From Octopus vulgaris (taxonomy: Eukaryota), in the NCBI GenBank assembly GCA_951406725.2, contig OX597823.1:59892001-59956000 (forward strand): 64,000 nucleotides of DNA. The letters are read 5' to 3'. The position numbers and the translations under genes are program-made. Below, piece by piece: positions 27,435-39,520 of the stretch; the stretch's first letter is position 1, and every line of letters starts with the position of its first letter. The notes below the pieces were generated by a model. That model saw only the letters and a program-made list of their open reading frames with translations. It was not told where the DNA came from and searched no databases.

Positions 27435-27802
27435 GAGAGATAGAGTGATAGATATACATAGTTATAGGTATATACGTATATTAAAATGCATGCACACACA
27501 CACATACACATACAACTTACATTCCTGCATATATACATACATAAATGAAAATTATGAGCTAAGACAAAAAACTCAGGGTGGCCAATAGCATGGATACAAA
27601 CAATAAACACTAATAAATGTCTCTCAAATACCATACAGTATAAATTCTTTGATTTATAGAAATTATCTTTCCTTTCTGACAGGAATAAACAGATGTCTTG
27701 AGGCAACTGAATGCAAACAAGAAAAACTAATGTCAAGAAACAAAATTCTTTAAAACTAACATGTTGTTGAAGAAAAGACAGCCTACTTATGTGAAAACAA
27801 GA

Positions 27803-27860
27803 GGACAACTATGGATACATGTTTCAGCTTCAGAAGACATCATCAGTATGCTAGTTGTCC
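27803..27860 (-). ncRNA. Minimal type I hammerhead ribozyme-like motif
   Basis: Minus strand GGACAACUA-GCAUA-CUGAUGA-UGUCUUCUGAAGCU-GAAA-CAUG-UA-UCCA-UAGUUGUCC. Core boxes intact, palindromic ACAUGU stem III, perfect 9-bp distal stem I. Confidence 0.7.
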
Positions 27861-27959
27861 TACATTGAATCTAGAAATTGAGCTACTTAAACATGTTTGT
27901 GTGTGTGCATGTGTGTCTTTGCGTGTGTATACATACACACATCATCATTATATATATAT

Positions 27960-28168
27960 CATCATCATCATCATTATCATCGTTTAGTATCCGCTTTCCA
28001 TGGTGGCATGGGTTGGATGATTTGATGGAGAACTGGCAAACCAGATGGCTGCACCAGGCTCCAATCTGATCTGGCAGAGTTTTTACAGCTGGATGCCTTT
28101 CCTAACGCCAACCACTCCAAGAGTGTAGTGGATGCTTTCATGTGCCATTGACATGAGGGCCAGTCGGG
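27960..28168 (-). mobile_element. SINE-like family C
   Basis: Family core and (CAT)n tail. Confidence 0.85.
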
Positions 28169-28196
28169 TTGTACTATATATATAGATATATCATCA

Positions 28197-28605
28197 ACTC
28201 TTACTCTTTTACTTGTTTCAGTCATTTGACTGTGGCCATGCTGGAGCACTGCCTTCAGTCGAACAAATTGACCCCAGAGCTTATTTTTTGTAAGCCTAGT
28301 ACTTATTCTATCAGTCTCCTTTGCCGAACTGCTAAGTTACAAGGACGTAAACATACCAGCATCAGTTGTCAAGTGATGCTGGGGGACAAACACAGGCACA
28401 CAAACATATACACGCACATACATATATATATATATATACACTCACGGAGTGGTTGGCGTTAGGAAGGGCATCCAGCTGTAGAAACATTGCCAGATTAGAC
28501 TGGAGCCTGGTGCAGCCTTCTGGCTTCCCAGAACCCCGGTCGAACCGTCCAACCCATGCTAGCATGGAGAATGGACGTTAAACGACGATGATGATGATGA
28601 TGATG

Positions 28606-28638
<33 letters not shown>

Positions 28639-28803
28639 CGAATGGCTTCTTTCAGTTTACGTCTACCAAATCCACTCACAAGGCTTTGGTCGACCTGAGG
28701 CTAAAGTAGAAGACACTTGCACAAGGTGCCACATAGTGGGACTGAACCCAGGACCATGTGGTTGGTAAGCAAGCTACTTACCACACAGCCACTCCTGCAC
28801 CTA
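28197..28803 (-). mobile_element. SINE family A split by a family C insertion in its central TA tract
   Basis: Tail at 28197-28420, head at 28640-28803, with a plus-strand family C fragment between. Confidence 0.85.
28440..28606 (+). mobile_element. SINE-like family C, 5'-truncated
   Basis: CACTCACGGAGTGGTTGGCGTTAGGAAGGGCATCCAGCTGTAGAAA...GGACGTTAAACGACGATGATG. Confidence 0.9.
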
Positions 28804-28827
28804 TAAAAAAGCAGACCAGCCACTAGA

Positions 28828-28895
28828 TGCCGAAAACCGGGATTAAACCGGGGGACCTTTAGATCTTCAATCTAATGCTCTCCCAACTGAGTTAT
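28828..28895 (-). pseudogene. tRNA-Phe(GAA) pseudogene lacking the 5' acceptor strand
   Basis: Minus strand ATAACTCAGTTGGGAGAGCATTAGATTGAAGATCTAAAGGTCCCCCGGTTTAATCCCGGTTTTCGGCA matches canonical animal tRNA-Phe with several substitutions. No CCA. A T6 run lies about 18 nt downstream. Confidence 0.85.
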
Positions 28896-29940
28896 ATATA
28901 TATATCATCGTTTGTTAGCACCTACATTTTATGCTCTTATGGTTCAGACAGATTTTGATGAAGGGGATATTCTGTGGCTGGATGCTCTTCTAGTCACTAA
29001 CCCTCACCTGTTTCCAAGTAAAGTAATATTTCCCCAAGAACAAACGTTTTCACAGAAGAGGTACATATATATGGACACACACATGTATATATACATATAT
29101 ATATATATATACACACACACAAATACATATACATACATATGCATATGTACATATGATTTTATATATGACATATATGTGTATGTATGTATGTATGTATGTA
29201 TGTTTGTAGGTATGTGTGTATGTATAGGTATATGTGTATGTATATGCCCAGAAGCTTTGGCATCACATCAACATTTTCATGCTTTGTAGCATTTTGGCGT
29301 TTTAACAACAAATAGAAGAGAAGACAGTTGATTTTGATGAGTAAAACAGAAAATAAGGAACAACTAAATAAGCACACAAAAAAAAATGACTGATAAATAG
29401 CAAGAATGATTGAATAAAAAAGAAAAAGAGAAAGAAAAAGAAGGGAAAGGTAGTAGAGAAATGACAGAAAGAAATAGAAAAAAAAAACGAAAGACAAATA
29501 TAGATTCAACCAAATTAAAAGTGATCAGCATAAATGAATTTTTAAAAGCACCAATTAGTATTATATGTTGCATATCCCACTAGCTTCTCCTTCTCACTTT
29601 GCTTCTGTAGGCCTGATCGCTCAACAGCTTTTAATTTTTGTTGGCTCTTGTTTGTTTTGTTTTTTGTTTTTTTTTTGTTTTTTTTGTTTTGTTTTTGTTT
29701 TCAAATATGTGGGAATATGTGTTGTTAGTGTGTATTAGTGTGTGTTTGTGTGTTGAAGTTGTTCTTTAATGCAGTCATGTTATCTTATAGTTAATTTCTG
29801 TCTGCTCTAAGCCGCAATTTTCCACGATTTCCTGTCATTAAACCTTTTCCAAGTAATTTGAATTCTTGATATTCTGACGGACATTATCGTTGTTGTTATC
29901 ATTATTATTATTATTATTACTATTATTATTATTATTTTAT

Positions 29941-30095
29941 TTTGGTTTGAGTCAGGTTCAGTCTTATTCCTGGTGGGACTTAATGAGGGTAGCGGGTTAC
30001 TACCTGTAACCTTAGATATCCACAAATTCTCAGCAATCTTTCAAGTGCTGAGAACCCTCCTGATAATCCTTGCTGTCCCTAAAAGACAAACTTTC
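29941..30095 (-). mobile_element. Dong/R4-type LINE extreme 3' end
   Basis: Minus strand KVCLLGTARIIRRVLST* plus 3' UTR, embedded in (TTA)/(TTC) repeats. Confidence 0.75.
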
Positions 30096-30134
30096 TTCTT
30101 CTTCTTCTTCTTATTCTTCTTCTTATTATTATTC

Positions 30135-30183
<49 letters not shown>

Positions 30184-30272
30184 CATCATCATCATCATTA
30201 TTATTACTATTATTATTATTATTATTATTATTATTTTTGTTATTATTATTATTATTATATTATCATTATTAA

Positions 30273-30323
<51 letters not shown>

Positions 30324-30424
30324 CCTCATTATTGCTATTATCATTGTTGTTGTTATTATTATTATTATTATTGTTGTTGTTGTTGTTATTGTTATTATTA
30401 TTATTATTGCTATTATTATTGTTG

Positions 30425-30474
<50 letters not shown>
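30095..30474. repeat. (TTA)n/(TTG)n microsatellite
   Basis: Read directly. Confidence 0.95.
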
Positions 30475-31757
30475 GTCTTTGCACAGCTTCTAACGCTGGA
30501 GATGTACTACAGTGTCAGCTGTTCGCTACCAGTAAACTAAGGTAATACCCCTTATTTTTCGAGCACCTTCCGGAGTATTCAAGCGGTTCCAAGCAGTGCT
30601 GCTTTCTGCAAGTGCCCCACCCTTATTTCAGCCCCCATTTGTTCCACGTACTTTTCGAGGTTTTTGCTCAATGTCCCCAGAACTCTGACAATTATTGGTA
30701 CTACTGCTACCTTTTTCATAGACCACAACTGCTTAACTTCCCAAGGTAACCTGTCGTATCTCTCGACTTTTCTTTCTTCCTTATTGCATACCTTGTTGTC
30801 AGCTGGGCATGCTATATCTATGATCCAGCATTTGGTTCCCTACTTTGTTTCCTGTATCCTTTCTATTCTTCCGGAAGTAGATTGTTACTTTCAAGATGGT
30901 TAAAATAACTCTTCTGCCAAGACACCAGTCATAAGCTTCCACATCAGCAGTAAACAGATTATAGGTTAAAAATTTCATGCCAAGTTCCCTTTCAAGGGAT
31001 CCTTGAGGTATAACAGGTTTTGTCCCCTTGTCATCCAGGCAGGAACGTAGCCTTACTGCAGACAGTCATCAAGTTGGCCTATGATCCTTTCATGCAACTG
31101 GGTAAAGTTCTTCGACCGATAGTCTTGTACTCCATCTGGGCCTGGTCCTTTCCAATTTGCTATTTTTTAAACTTCTGTTTCACAGTATATAGATTAATTC
31201 TGACATCTTATGTCTTGGTACAGTTTCAAGTTGTCTTTCCACCTTTGTTAGCCACTTTATGTCTTGCTGGTTGTCTTTCTTTATGTCTTGCCAGCCTGTT
31301 TCACAGCCTTCCCCAACATTCTTTACTTTCTTCTGCATTTGGAATCAGTTCCTGGTGTTGGCCTCCCACTATTTCCTCAAATAGATGCCTTCTATTTGAT
31401 TGGAAACCTTTGCATCTAGCATCATATCTTTTCAATTTTGACTTTAATGGTGTCACCATTCATGTCAATTCATGTACTGTTTGTTTTTCCCTTTCTTCTC
31501 ACCTGTACTGTCCATTCAATTTTCTGATTGCTACATTATGCTTGAGCTCTCTCCTCATTATCCCATTCAGTTGCTTTAGTTCCTTTCTTGTCATTTCCAG
31601 CTTAATGCATGTTATCTTCCTCCAGTTTGGTTCTTTCTTTACATTTCGTTTTATATCTTCAGTTTTCCACTTGTAGCCTACTATGCTAGCTACAACGTTA
31701 GCAGCATCTATGATTAGCTGGTTTGTTTCACAGTTGTTTTCTGTTTTAATCAAGATT
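30475..31757 (-). mobile_element. Dong/R4-type LINE with a large internal deletion
   Basis: Minus strand: pre-RT region and WKGPGPDGVQDY...KNFTQLHERII, LKDPLKGNLA, joined directly to CWIIDIACPADNKV...VVPIIVRVLG...HLQKAALLGTA. Confidence 0.9.
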
Positions 31758-31760
31758 AAA

Positions 31761-31885
31761 ATGAAGAGCATAGGCTCAAAATGTCGAAGACTTTTTCATT
31801 CTTCTTGAGCATTAAACTAATACACCTGCTTGTTGTTCCTTCACCAGTCTTTGTCTTTTGTTTTTCTGTAAATTTGAACTACATT
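31761..31885 (+). repeat. PLE terminal-repeat-like fragment with truncated hammerhead-like motif
   Basis: ATGA-AGAGCATAGGCTC-AAAATGTC (CpG-decayed GAAACGTC), then a tail shared with 13030-13100. Confidence 0.5.
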
Positions 31886-32020
31886 TATATATATATATAT
31901 ATATATATATTTCGGAATGGTCATATTGCCAGTTTAGCCAATAAAAACACACGCACTATATATTTGGTGTTATTTTGCTTCAGTGATATTTATAAAATCT
32001 TGCACAACAAATATTTAAAC

Positions 32021-32073
<53 letters not shown>

Positions 32074-32269
32074 CAAAACGCTCCCCCATCCAATGGACAG
32101 TGCTGAGTTGTCAAACATTTAAATCAAATTTTATCAAAACAACTTGTCTGCCCATCCCATAGGCCTCCCCTTTGAGAAACACTGATTTAACCTAAATTTG
32201 AGACACCAGCAACAGAAGAAATAAAGATAAACTTTTTTTCTATTCCAAGAAAAACGATTTTACAAATGC

Positions 32270-32456
32270 ACGTTCCCACGGCTTTATCGATCCCATTCTC
32301 ACCTGGAATCGATTTTGTAATTTTTTCAAGACTTATACACGCCCTGATACCGTCGGTATCTACATATCAAATTTGAGCACAATCGGATGGAGGATGCTTG
32401 AGATCCTAGAAGACACACACAGACAGACAGACAGAACGGATTTTATATAATAGATA
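32270..32456 (+). mobile_element. Helitron/Helentron-like non-autonomous element end (Lep1-like)
   Basis: ATCAAATTTGAGCACAATCGG...(ACAG)n...TTTTATATAATAGAT architecture. Confidence 0.55.
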
Positions 32457-33199
32457 TACGGGGGTGGTGAAAAGAGAAAAGGAAAAAGGGGAGGAGAGGG
32501 GTTAAAAAGAAAGTGGAAAAAAGGGAAGGGAAGAGATGAAAGAGGGGGAAATCCTGGGAGGGAAGGTCCTGGGAGGGAGAGGGAAAAGCCCTGGAAGAGC
32601 AAGTCCCCGGAGGGAGGAAGTCCCAGCATGGGGGCAAATACATGGGGGAAGTCCTGGGAAAGGGGGCAAACATAAAGATGGACAAAATGCCACTACACGT
32701 TTTGTTTGGTGAGCTAACGGCTCTGCCCGTTCATCACCAAATGATGTGCATGTCTGTCTGTAGGTGTATCTGCATGTATATATGCATGTGTGTGCACACA
32801 TGCATACACATGCATGTTTGTGTGTGGTGTATGTGTATGTGTCTGTGTCTGTGTGTTTTAGTGTATAACAAGTGAAATTAAAACGTTAACAGTTATGTAG
32901 TCTCCGGTAGAATTCTAAGAAGCTTTATAAACAAAACTTATAGCTGGACATTAAGAAATGCAACAACTACAATAACAATAACATCTACGATAGAAATAAT
33001 GATGTTATCAATATCACCTGCTGTGACAGTGTCTGTATAAGTTAGTACTAATAAAATTGTACTGTAGTGCACTGTTGTACTAGTATTATTGATATAACCA
33101 TGTCTATGTCGGAGAAATATGAAAGAGGTCTGGAATGGAGCTGAGTGGAGGTTGTCTGTTGTGGAGAGAATGGTGAATATTGAGAAGGAGGAGTAATAA

Positions 33200-34050
33200 T
33201 AAGAAGATATCAGAGTTTAAGGGAGAAAGAGAGAGAGAGAGAGAGAGAATGTAAAAAATAGGAAGAAAAAGATGGATGGTGTGAAAGAGAAGGGTGAAGG
33301 AGAAAAGGTTGGTGGTATATAGTAATGGTAGTGAGGAGGAGTAGGAGATTAAATAAAAAGGGGAGAAGGAGGAGAAAGAAGAGGAGGTGAAATATGAGAA
33401 GGAAGTGGAAGGGCAAAAAGAAGATGAAGGAAACGGTGGAAAGTGAAGAAGAAGAAGAAAAATGGGGGTGAGAGGAGGAGGGATATTGAAAGGGTTAAGA
33501 AGAAAAGGAGCAGGGTTGAGAGAGAGGGGACATTAAGGGGATGGAAAGAAGGAGGAGGAGAAAAGGAGGAAAGAGGGGTGATAGAAGAAGGAGGAGGAAG
33601 AGGAGAAGGAGGATGAAGGGTAGGAGAAGAAGAAGAAGGAAAGGCGATGAGAGAAGGAAGTGGAGGAGGAGGAGGAGGAGAAGAAGAAGAAGAAGAAGAA
33701 GAAGAAGAAGAAGAAGAAGAAGAAGAAGGAAGAGTAGGAGGGTATTGAAAGGGATAAGTGGAGGAGGAAAAGGAAAGGAACAGGGGTGAGAGAGGGGATC
33801 AGGGAGGACATTGGGGGTGAAAAAGAGGAGGAGGAGAAAAAGAAGGAAAGAGGGGGAGGAAGAGGAGGAGTGGAAAAGGAGAAGGAGTAAGAGAAAGAAG
33901 AGGATAAAGAGAAGAAGAAGAAGAAGGAGAAAGAAGAGGAGAAGAAGAAGAAGAAGAGCCCCAACAAAAAGAAGTCAAAAACAAAAAGGAGAGCAAAAGA
34001 AAGAAAGAAAGAACACAAGAAGAATTAGGATAAAGGAAGGAAAAATGAAG
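33200..34050. repeat. Polypurine low-complexity tract (GAA/GGA)
   Basis: Read directly. Confidence 0.9.
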
Positions 34051-34854
34051 AAACTTTGAAAGATTATAGTAAACCAGCACCATTATAGATTGCTCTTGTG
34101 CCAAACAACATTGTACAAGGAAGGTAAGTAGATTGGTAGATTCAGCTGTTGGTTAAATATTGCTTCTTTTCAATGGAACAATACTGTCTATTCTTATTCT
34201 TTAAATGTTCTTGAACCAGGCAATTGCTTTAAATGGGAATCAATTTATTTCTTTTCCTTCTTTTTTTTCCCTTTATTTTTATTTCTCTTTTCTTCTTTTT
34301 CTCTTTGCTTTTTAACCTTTAGAATGAGCAAAAATTCCTATCAAGATCCTTTACATTTGTCTGTGATTTCTTGGGATAATAACATTCAGTATCTGACTTT
34401 TAAATGGACACACCTTATGGTAGACTCTGTTTGAATTGGCAGTGAACACCGACTAACTGCTGCTGTAATCTCTTCATTATTGTAACTGTCTTTCCTTTTA
34501 AAGGACTTGGATGGAGTCTGCTGACATGTTTATTGTGTTTAATTCAAGTTAATTTTCTTCATTCATCATCACATTGGCTTGAAAAATGCTCTTTTGTTAT
34601 GCTGCCATTGTCTATTTGGACAACAGAAGGAAATCAAAAATGGATGAGAAAGCTTGGATGGATCTTTGTTGCAGCAAAAAGTTTTGTAACTGTTTTGTTT
34701 TGTTTTGTTGTTGTTATTTTTTTCATAGTTTGTTTCTGTGTGTGTGTGTGTTTGTTTGTTTTTTTTTTTTGAAATTATATTCTGGCAAAGGTTCCAACTG
34801 AACATTATTGACTTGGTAATCGCTCATATTACTAATGTCTGGTTGTCTTTGAGA

Positions 34855-34982
34855 GGAAGAATTGGAAGAAGAAGAAGAAGAAGAAGAAGAAGAAGAAGAA
34901 GGAGAAGAAGAAGAAGAAGAAGAAGAAGAAGAAGAAGGAGGAGGGGGAGGAGGGGGAGGAAGAAGAGGAGGAAGAGGAGGAG

Positions 34983-35013
<31 letters not shown>

Positions 35014-35403
35014 GAGAAGTGGAGGAAGAAGAAGAGGAGGAGGAGGAGGACGACGACGACGACGACGACGACGAAGAAGAGGAGGAAGAAGAAGAGGAGG
35101 AAGAAGAAGAGGAGGAAGAAGAAGAGGAGGAGGAAGAAGGAGGAGGAAGAAGAGGAGGAGGAAGAAGAGGAGGAAGAAGAAGAGGAGGAAGAAGAAGAGG
35201 AGGAAGAAGAAGAGGAGGAGGAAGAAGAGGAGGAGGAGGCAGAAGAAGAGGAGAAGAAGAAGAAGAAGAAGAAGAAGAAGAAGAAGAGAAGAAGAAGAAG
35301 AAGAAGAAGAAGAAGAAGAAGAAGGAGGAGGAGGAGGAGGAGGGGGAGGAGGGGAAGGAAGAAGAGGAGGAAGAGGAGGAGGAGGAGGAAGAAGAAGAAG
35401 AAA

Positions 35404-35437
<34 letters not shown>

Positions 35438-35688
35438 GGGAGGAAGAAGAAGGAGGAGGAGGAGGAGGACGACGACGACGAAGAAGAGGAGGAAGAAGAA
35501 GAGGAGGAGGAAGAAGAAGAGGAGGAGGAAGAAGAGGAGGAAGAAGAAGAGGAGGAGGAAGAAGAGGAGGAAGAAGAAGAGGAGGAGGAAGAAGAGGAGG
35601 AGGAGGCAGAAGAAGAGGAGAAGAAGAAGAAGAAGAAGAACAACAACAACAACAACAACAACAACAGCAACAACAACAACAACAAACA
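34855..35688. repeat. Compound (GAA)/(GGA)/(GAC)/(CAA) microsatellite with a higher-order duplication
   Basis: Landmark variants recur twice in the same order. Confidence 0.9.
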
Positions 35689-35977
35689 GCCTAACATTTT
35701 TTTTTTAGTTGCTGCTTCAGGAAATAATATTAAAAGTCTTCTGACACAGAAGAGTAAGCTGGTGGGATGGAACGATTCAAAATAACTGTAAATCAAAATA
35801 TGAAATTACTTGTTGCAACTAGAAAAATTACAAAGGAATGTAATTAATATACTTTTGTGATGTGTATAACTAACAAAGGAGTTACTTTAATTTTTGTGTA
35901 AACTTAAAAGCGGTGAGATGCCAAAATCATAAATTCTTCGGACAAAAAAGCTTAACAGAATTTTCTCCAGTTATGAA

Positions 35978-36365
35978 GGTGGTGAGCTGGCAGAAATGTT
36001 AGCACGCCGGTCAAAATGCTTAGCGGTATTTCATCTGCCACTACGTTCTGAGTTCAAATTCCACCAAGGTCGACTTTGCCTTTAATCCTTTTGGGGTCGA
36101 TAAATTAAGTATCAGTTACCCACTGGAGTCAATGTAATCGGCTTAATCCCTTTGTTTGTCCCCTCTATGTTTAGCCCCTTCTGGACAATAAAGAAATAAG
36201 GCTTTCCTCCAGTTCTTTATATTCTGAGTTCTAATCCTGACAAGGTCAGCATTGCTTTTCATTATTTCAGGCTTGATGAAATAAGTACCAGTCAAACACT
36301 GGGGTTGAAGTAATCGATTTGTCTCCTCACCTAAAACTACAGGCCTTGTGCCAAAATTTGAAACA
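35978..36365 (+). mobile_element. SINE family B followed by a second degenerate unit
   Basis: Head GGTGGTGAGCTGGCAGAAATGTTAGCACGCC; core present twice. Confidence 0.85.
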
Positions 36366-36378
36366 GTATCATGTAAAC

Positions 36379-36604
36379 TTAACTCTTTGGCATTTAAACT
36401 GACCACAGCCAATCAAAACAGTCTTCCTGTTTTAAGCTCAAATGAGCCAGATCAGACTTTTCACATCTATCCTACAATGTCATACTAAAATAAAGAATCA
36501 CATTATAGAAATCTTGAAGCTGTTGGATAATGCATAATTAACTCAAAACAATATGAATAGATAAGCATTACATTCGATAGCGTATTTGAATGTTAAAGGG
36601 TTAA
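36379..36604. mobile_element. piggyBac-like MITE with TTAA ends
   Basis: TTAA-CTCTTTGGCATTTAAA...TTTGAATGTTAAAGGG-TTAA. A second copy in reverse orientation lies at about 39521-39720. Confidence 0.75.
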
Positions 36605-36859
36605 AGGCAGCAAGCTGGCAGAATTGTTGGAGCAACAGACAAAACACCTGATAGCATTTCTTCAAGTTCTTTATGTTTTGGGTTCAATTCCAGCCAAGCT
36701 CAACTTTGGTTTTCATCCTTCTGAGTCAATAAGCTAAAGTGCTGCGGTTGATGGTGTTCATTGTTTCATTTAAGAATTTTAGCTTTGCACTCTTATTTCT
36801 TGGGTTCGAATTTCACAGGTAGCAAGATTTATTTTAATATTATTTGGCAAGTAAAGTGA

Positions 36860-37400
36860 GATCGCAGCCATGGCTGATGCCAGTGTTGCATGACCGGCCC
36901 ATTTAAAAGTACCCTTGAAGCATTGGTATGTGAGTCAATATGATGTGAGTCAAGTGAAATCGAAATTGTAGTCATGGCCAGTGTCACCTGACAGGCACTT
37001 GTGCTGGTGGCATGTAATAAGCATCATTCAAGTATGAGTCAATGTTATTGCTGCCTGACTGGCTCCCTGTGCCAGTGACACATAAAAAGCACTGTGTAAA
37101 CATGATCGATGCCAGAGACCCCTGACTAAGCTCCTGTGCAAGTGGCACATAAAAAGCACCATCTGAACGTGCTCAATGCCAGTGCCCCCTGACTAGCTCC
37201 CATGCTGGTGACACATAAAAAGAACCCACTACACTCTCAGGGTGGTTAGCATTAGGAAGGGCATCCAGCTGTAGAGACCTTGCCAGATTAAGATTGGAGC
37301 CTGGTGCAGCCCACTGGCTTACCAGACCTCATTCAAACTGTCCAACCCAAGCCAGCATGGAAAGCGGATGTTAAACGATGATGATGATAATGATGATGAT
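36860..37400 (+). mobile_element. SINE-like family C with internal tandem array of about 66 bp
   Basis: CCTGACT..CTCC.GTGC..GTG.CACATAAAAAGCAC unit repeated 4-5 times before the family core and (GAT)n tail. Confidence 0.85.
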
Positions 37401-38126
37401 GATGGTGATGATGATGGTGATGGTGAAGGTGAAGGTGATGGTGGTGGTGGTGGTGGTTGATGGTGATGATGGTGATGATGATAATGATGATGATGATGAT
37501 GATGAAGTAAAACAGCTAGCTAGCAGAATCATTAACACACCAGGCAAAATGCTTAGTGGCATTTTGTCTGTCTTTTATGTTCTGAGTTCAAATTCCACTG
37601 AGGTCAAATTTGCACTTCATCATTCTGAGTCAATAAGCTAAAGAACTGAGGTCTATGGTGCTGATTATTCCCCTTGCCTCAAAATTACTGGTCTTGTGTC
37701 TAAACTAAGAGCAAAAACACTTTGTAAATTTAGGGTATCTTGCACTATATGTTCTAGATCTGTGCTTTGAGTTCAAATCCCATTGCAGTCAACTTATATA
37801 CATGTACACATACATATATACATAGATATATAGATATAGATATGTAAAGGAATAGAGAAAACATAACTGGTATTTTATGCATTATATAATGTACATGCAT
37901 TTCAGTTGGCCAACTGCCTTTATTACGTAAGCCAGTGAGCTCTATTACATAACACATTTAACTCACTTCATCAGTGTTTTTACCAAAAATGTAGTAAACA
38001 TATATATACATATATATATATATAAAATATATATAATATATATGTGTGTACGTATGTATGTATACATCTATGTGTGAGTGTGTGTGTATGAATGTGTGTG
38101 AGTATCTATATGTATGAATGCATGTG

Positions 38127-38204
<78 letters not shown>

Positions 38205-38545
38205 AGATTGTGTATGTGAATGTTTGTATTCTATGCTTTGCATGAGGCCTGAGATACTAAGGCTTGAAATTTATTGACATTTCCTGTCAATAAATTATCT
38301 TGTAGCACTTTGCTTTTGAAGATGTGTGAAATAAAAAAAAATTCTTTACATACAAAATAGATAAGGGTTAACTCCAACAGGAAGAGCATCCAGTTGTAAA
38401 ACAATGCCTCAGTAATTTGCTTGTGTAAAGAAGCAGATGCGAAATGATGACACAAACAAAAGATAATTCCTATAGTGCTTACACATACATACATACATGC
38501 ATAAATGCATATGTATGAACGTGTGTGTGTACGTGCACATGCACG

Positions 38546-38619
<74 letters not shown>

Positions 38620-39156
38620 AGAAATTGATTTGGAAAGGTTTATATTTTTTGTTTGGAAATGATTTGTGAAATTCCTTCAACTACATTTCTTAAAAGATAA
38701 AAACGTAATATGCTTAGCAGATAGTCTGAGGATAACAATTCCCATATTTATTTACCAATAAATAAATAAATAGATAGATAAATAAATAAATAACAATATG
38801 AATATATAAAAACATTTAGCAGACTGCTGCATTAAGAAATCACTGTATATATCAGTGGCTGTTAACAAAATAATACATATTATTTTTGCAAAGAAAAGGA
38901 ACAATCAAGAAAAAACAAAAAAAAAGCAAAGCAGCTGTCGTGTTTTTTGGAACGTTTATCATTTATCTATGGTGTGAGACAGTTTAGCTGAACATATGTG
39001 GCACAGTGGAGGGAATGTTTGTTAAATCATGATACATAATCAGCAGAATGCTGAAAACAAAAGAAAGCTTGACTTTACAATTAAGAGTTTACAGATTCAT
39101 TCAGCTTTTAAGAATCTACGTCCTAAACGAAAATTGGTCTGACTATGAATGTTGAA

Positions 39157-39421
39157 TGTGGAGGCGTGTGGCTTAGTGGTTAGGGTGTCAGCATCATGAT
39201 CGTAGGATTGTGGTTTCGATTCCTGGACCGGGCGATGCATTGTGTTCTTCAGCAAAACACTTCATTTCACGTTGCTCCAGTCCACTCAGCTGGCAAAAAT
39301 AAGTAACGCTGTGATGGATTGGCGTCCCGTCCAGCTGTGGAAAACATACGCCATTGAAACCGGAAAACCGGGCCCATGAGCCTGGCTAGGCTTTAAAAGG
39401 ACGCATTTATTATTATTATTA

Positions 39422-39458
<37 letters not shown>

Positions 39459-39477
39459 TATTATTATTATTATTATA
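39157..39477 (+). mobile_element. tRNA-derived SINE family D, full length with target-site duplication
   Basis: A box TGGCTTAGTGG, B box GGTTTCGATTCC, central GTTGCTCCAGTCCACTCAGCTG, (TTA)n tail. AATGTTGAA at 39148-39156 and 39478-39486. Confidence 0.85.
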
Positions 39478-39520
39478 AATGTTGAAGGTATTTTTGCTTG
39501 TGTGTGTGTGGGTGTTTGTT

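Noticed and set aside
31020-31676. 218-aa plus-strand ORF
   Set aside because: Antisense to the Dong/R4-type LINE coding strand.
34723-35796. Long ORFs of 229-357 aa (poly-E, poly-R, poly-S)
   Set aside because: Open in several frames on both strands only because GAA/GGA repeats lack stop codons; no domain content.
36860-37235. Repeat-and-spacer-like pattern considered as a CRISPR array
   Set aside because: The intervening segments resemble each other and the unit is part of dispersed family C.
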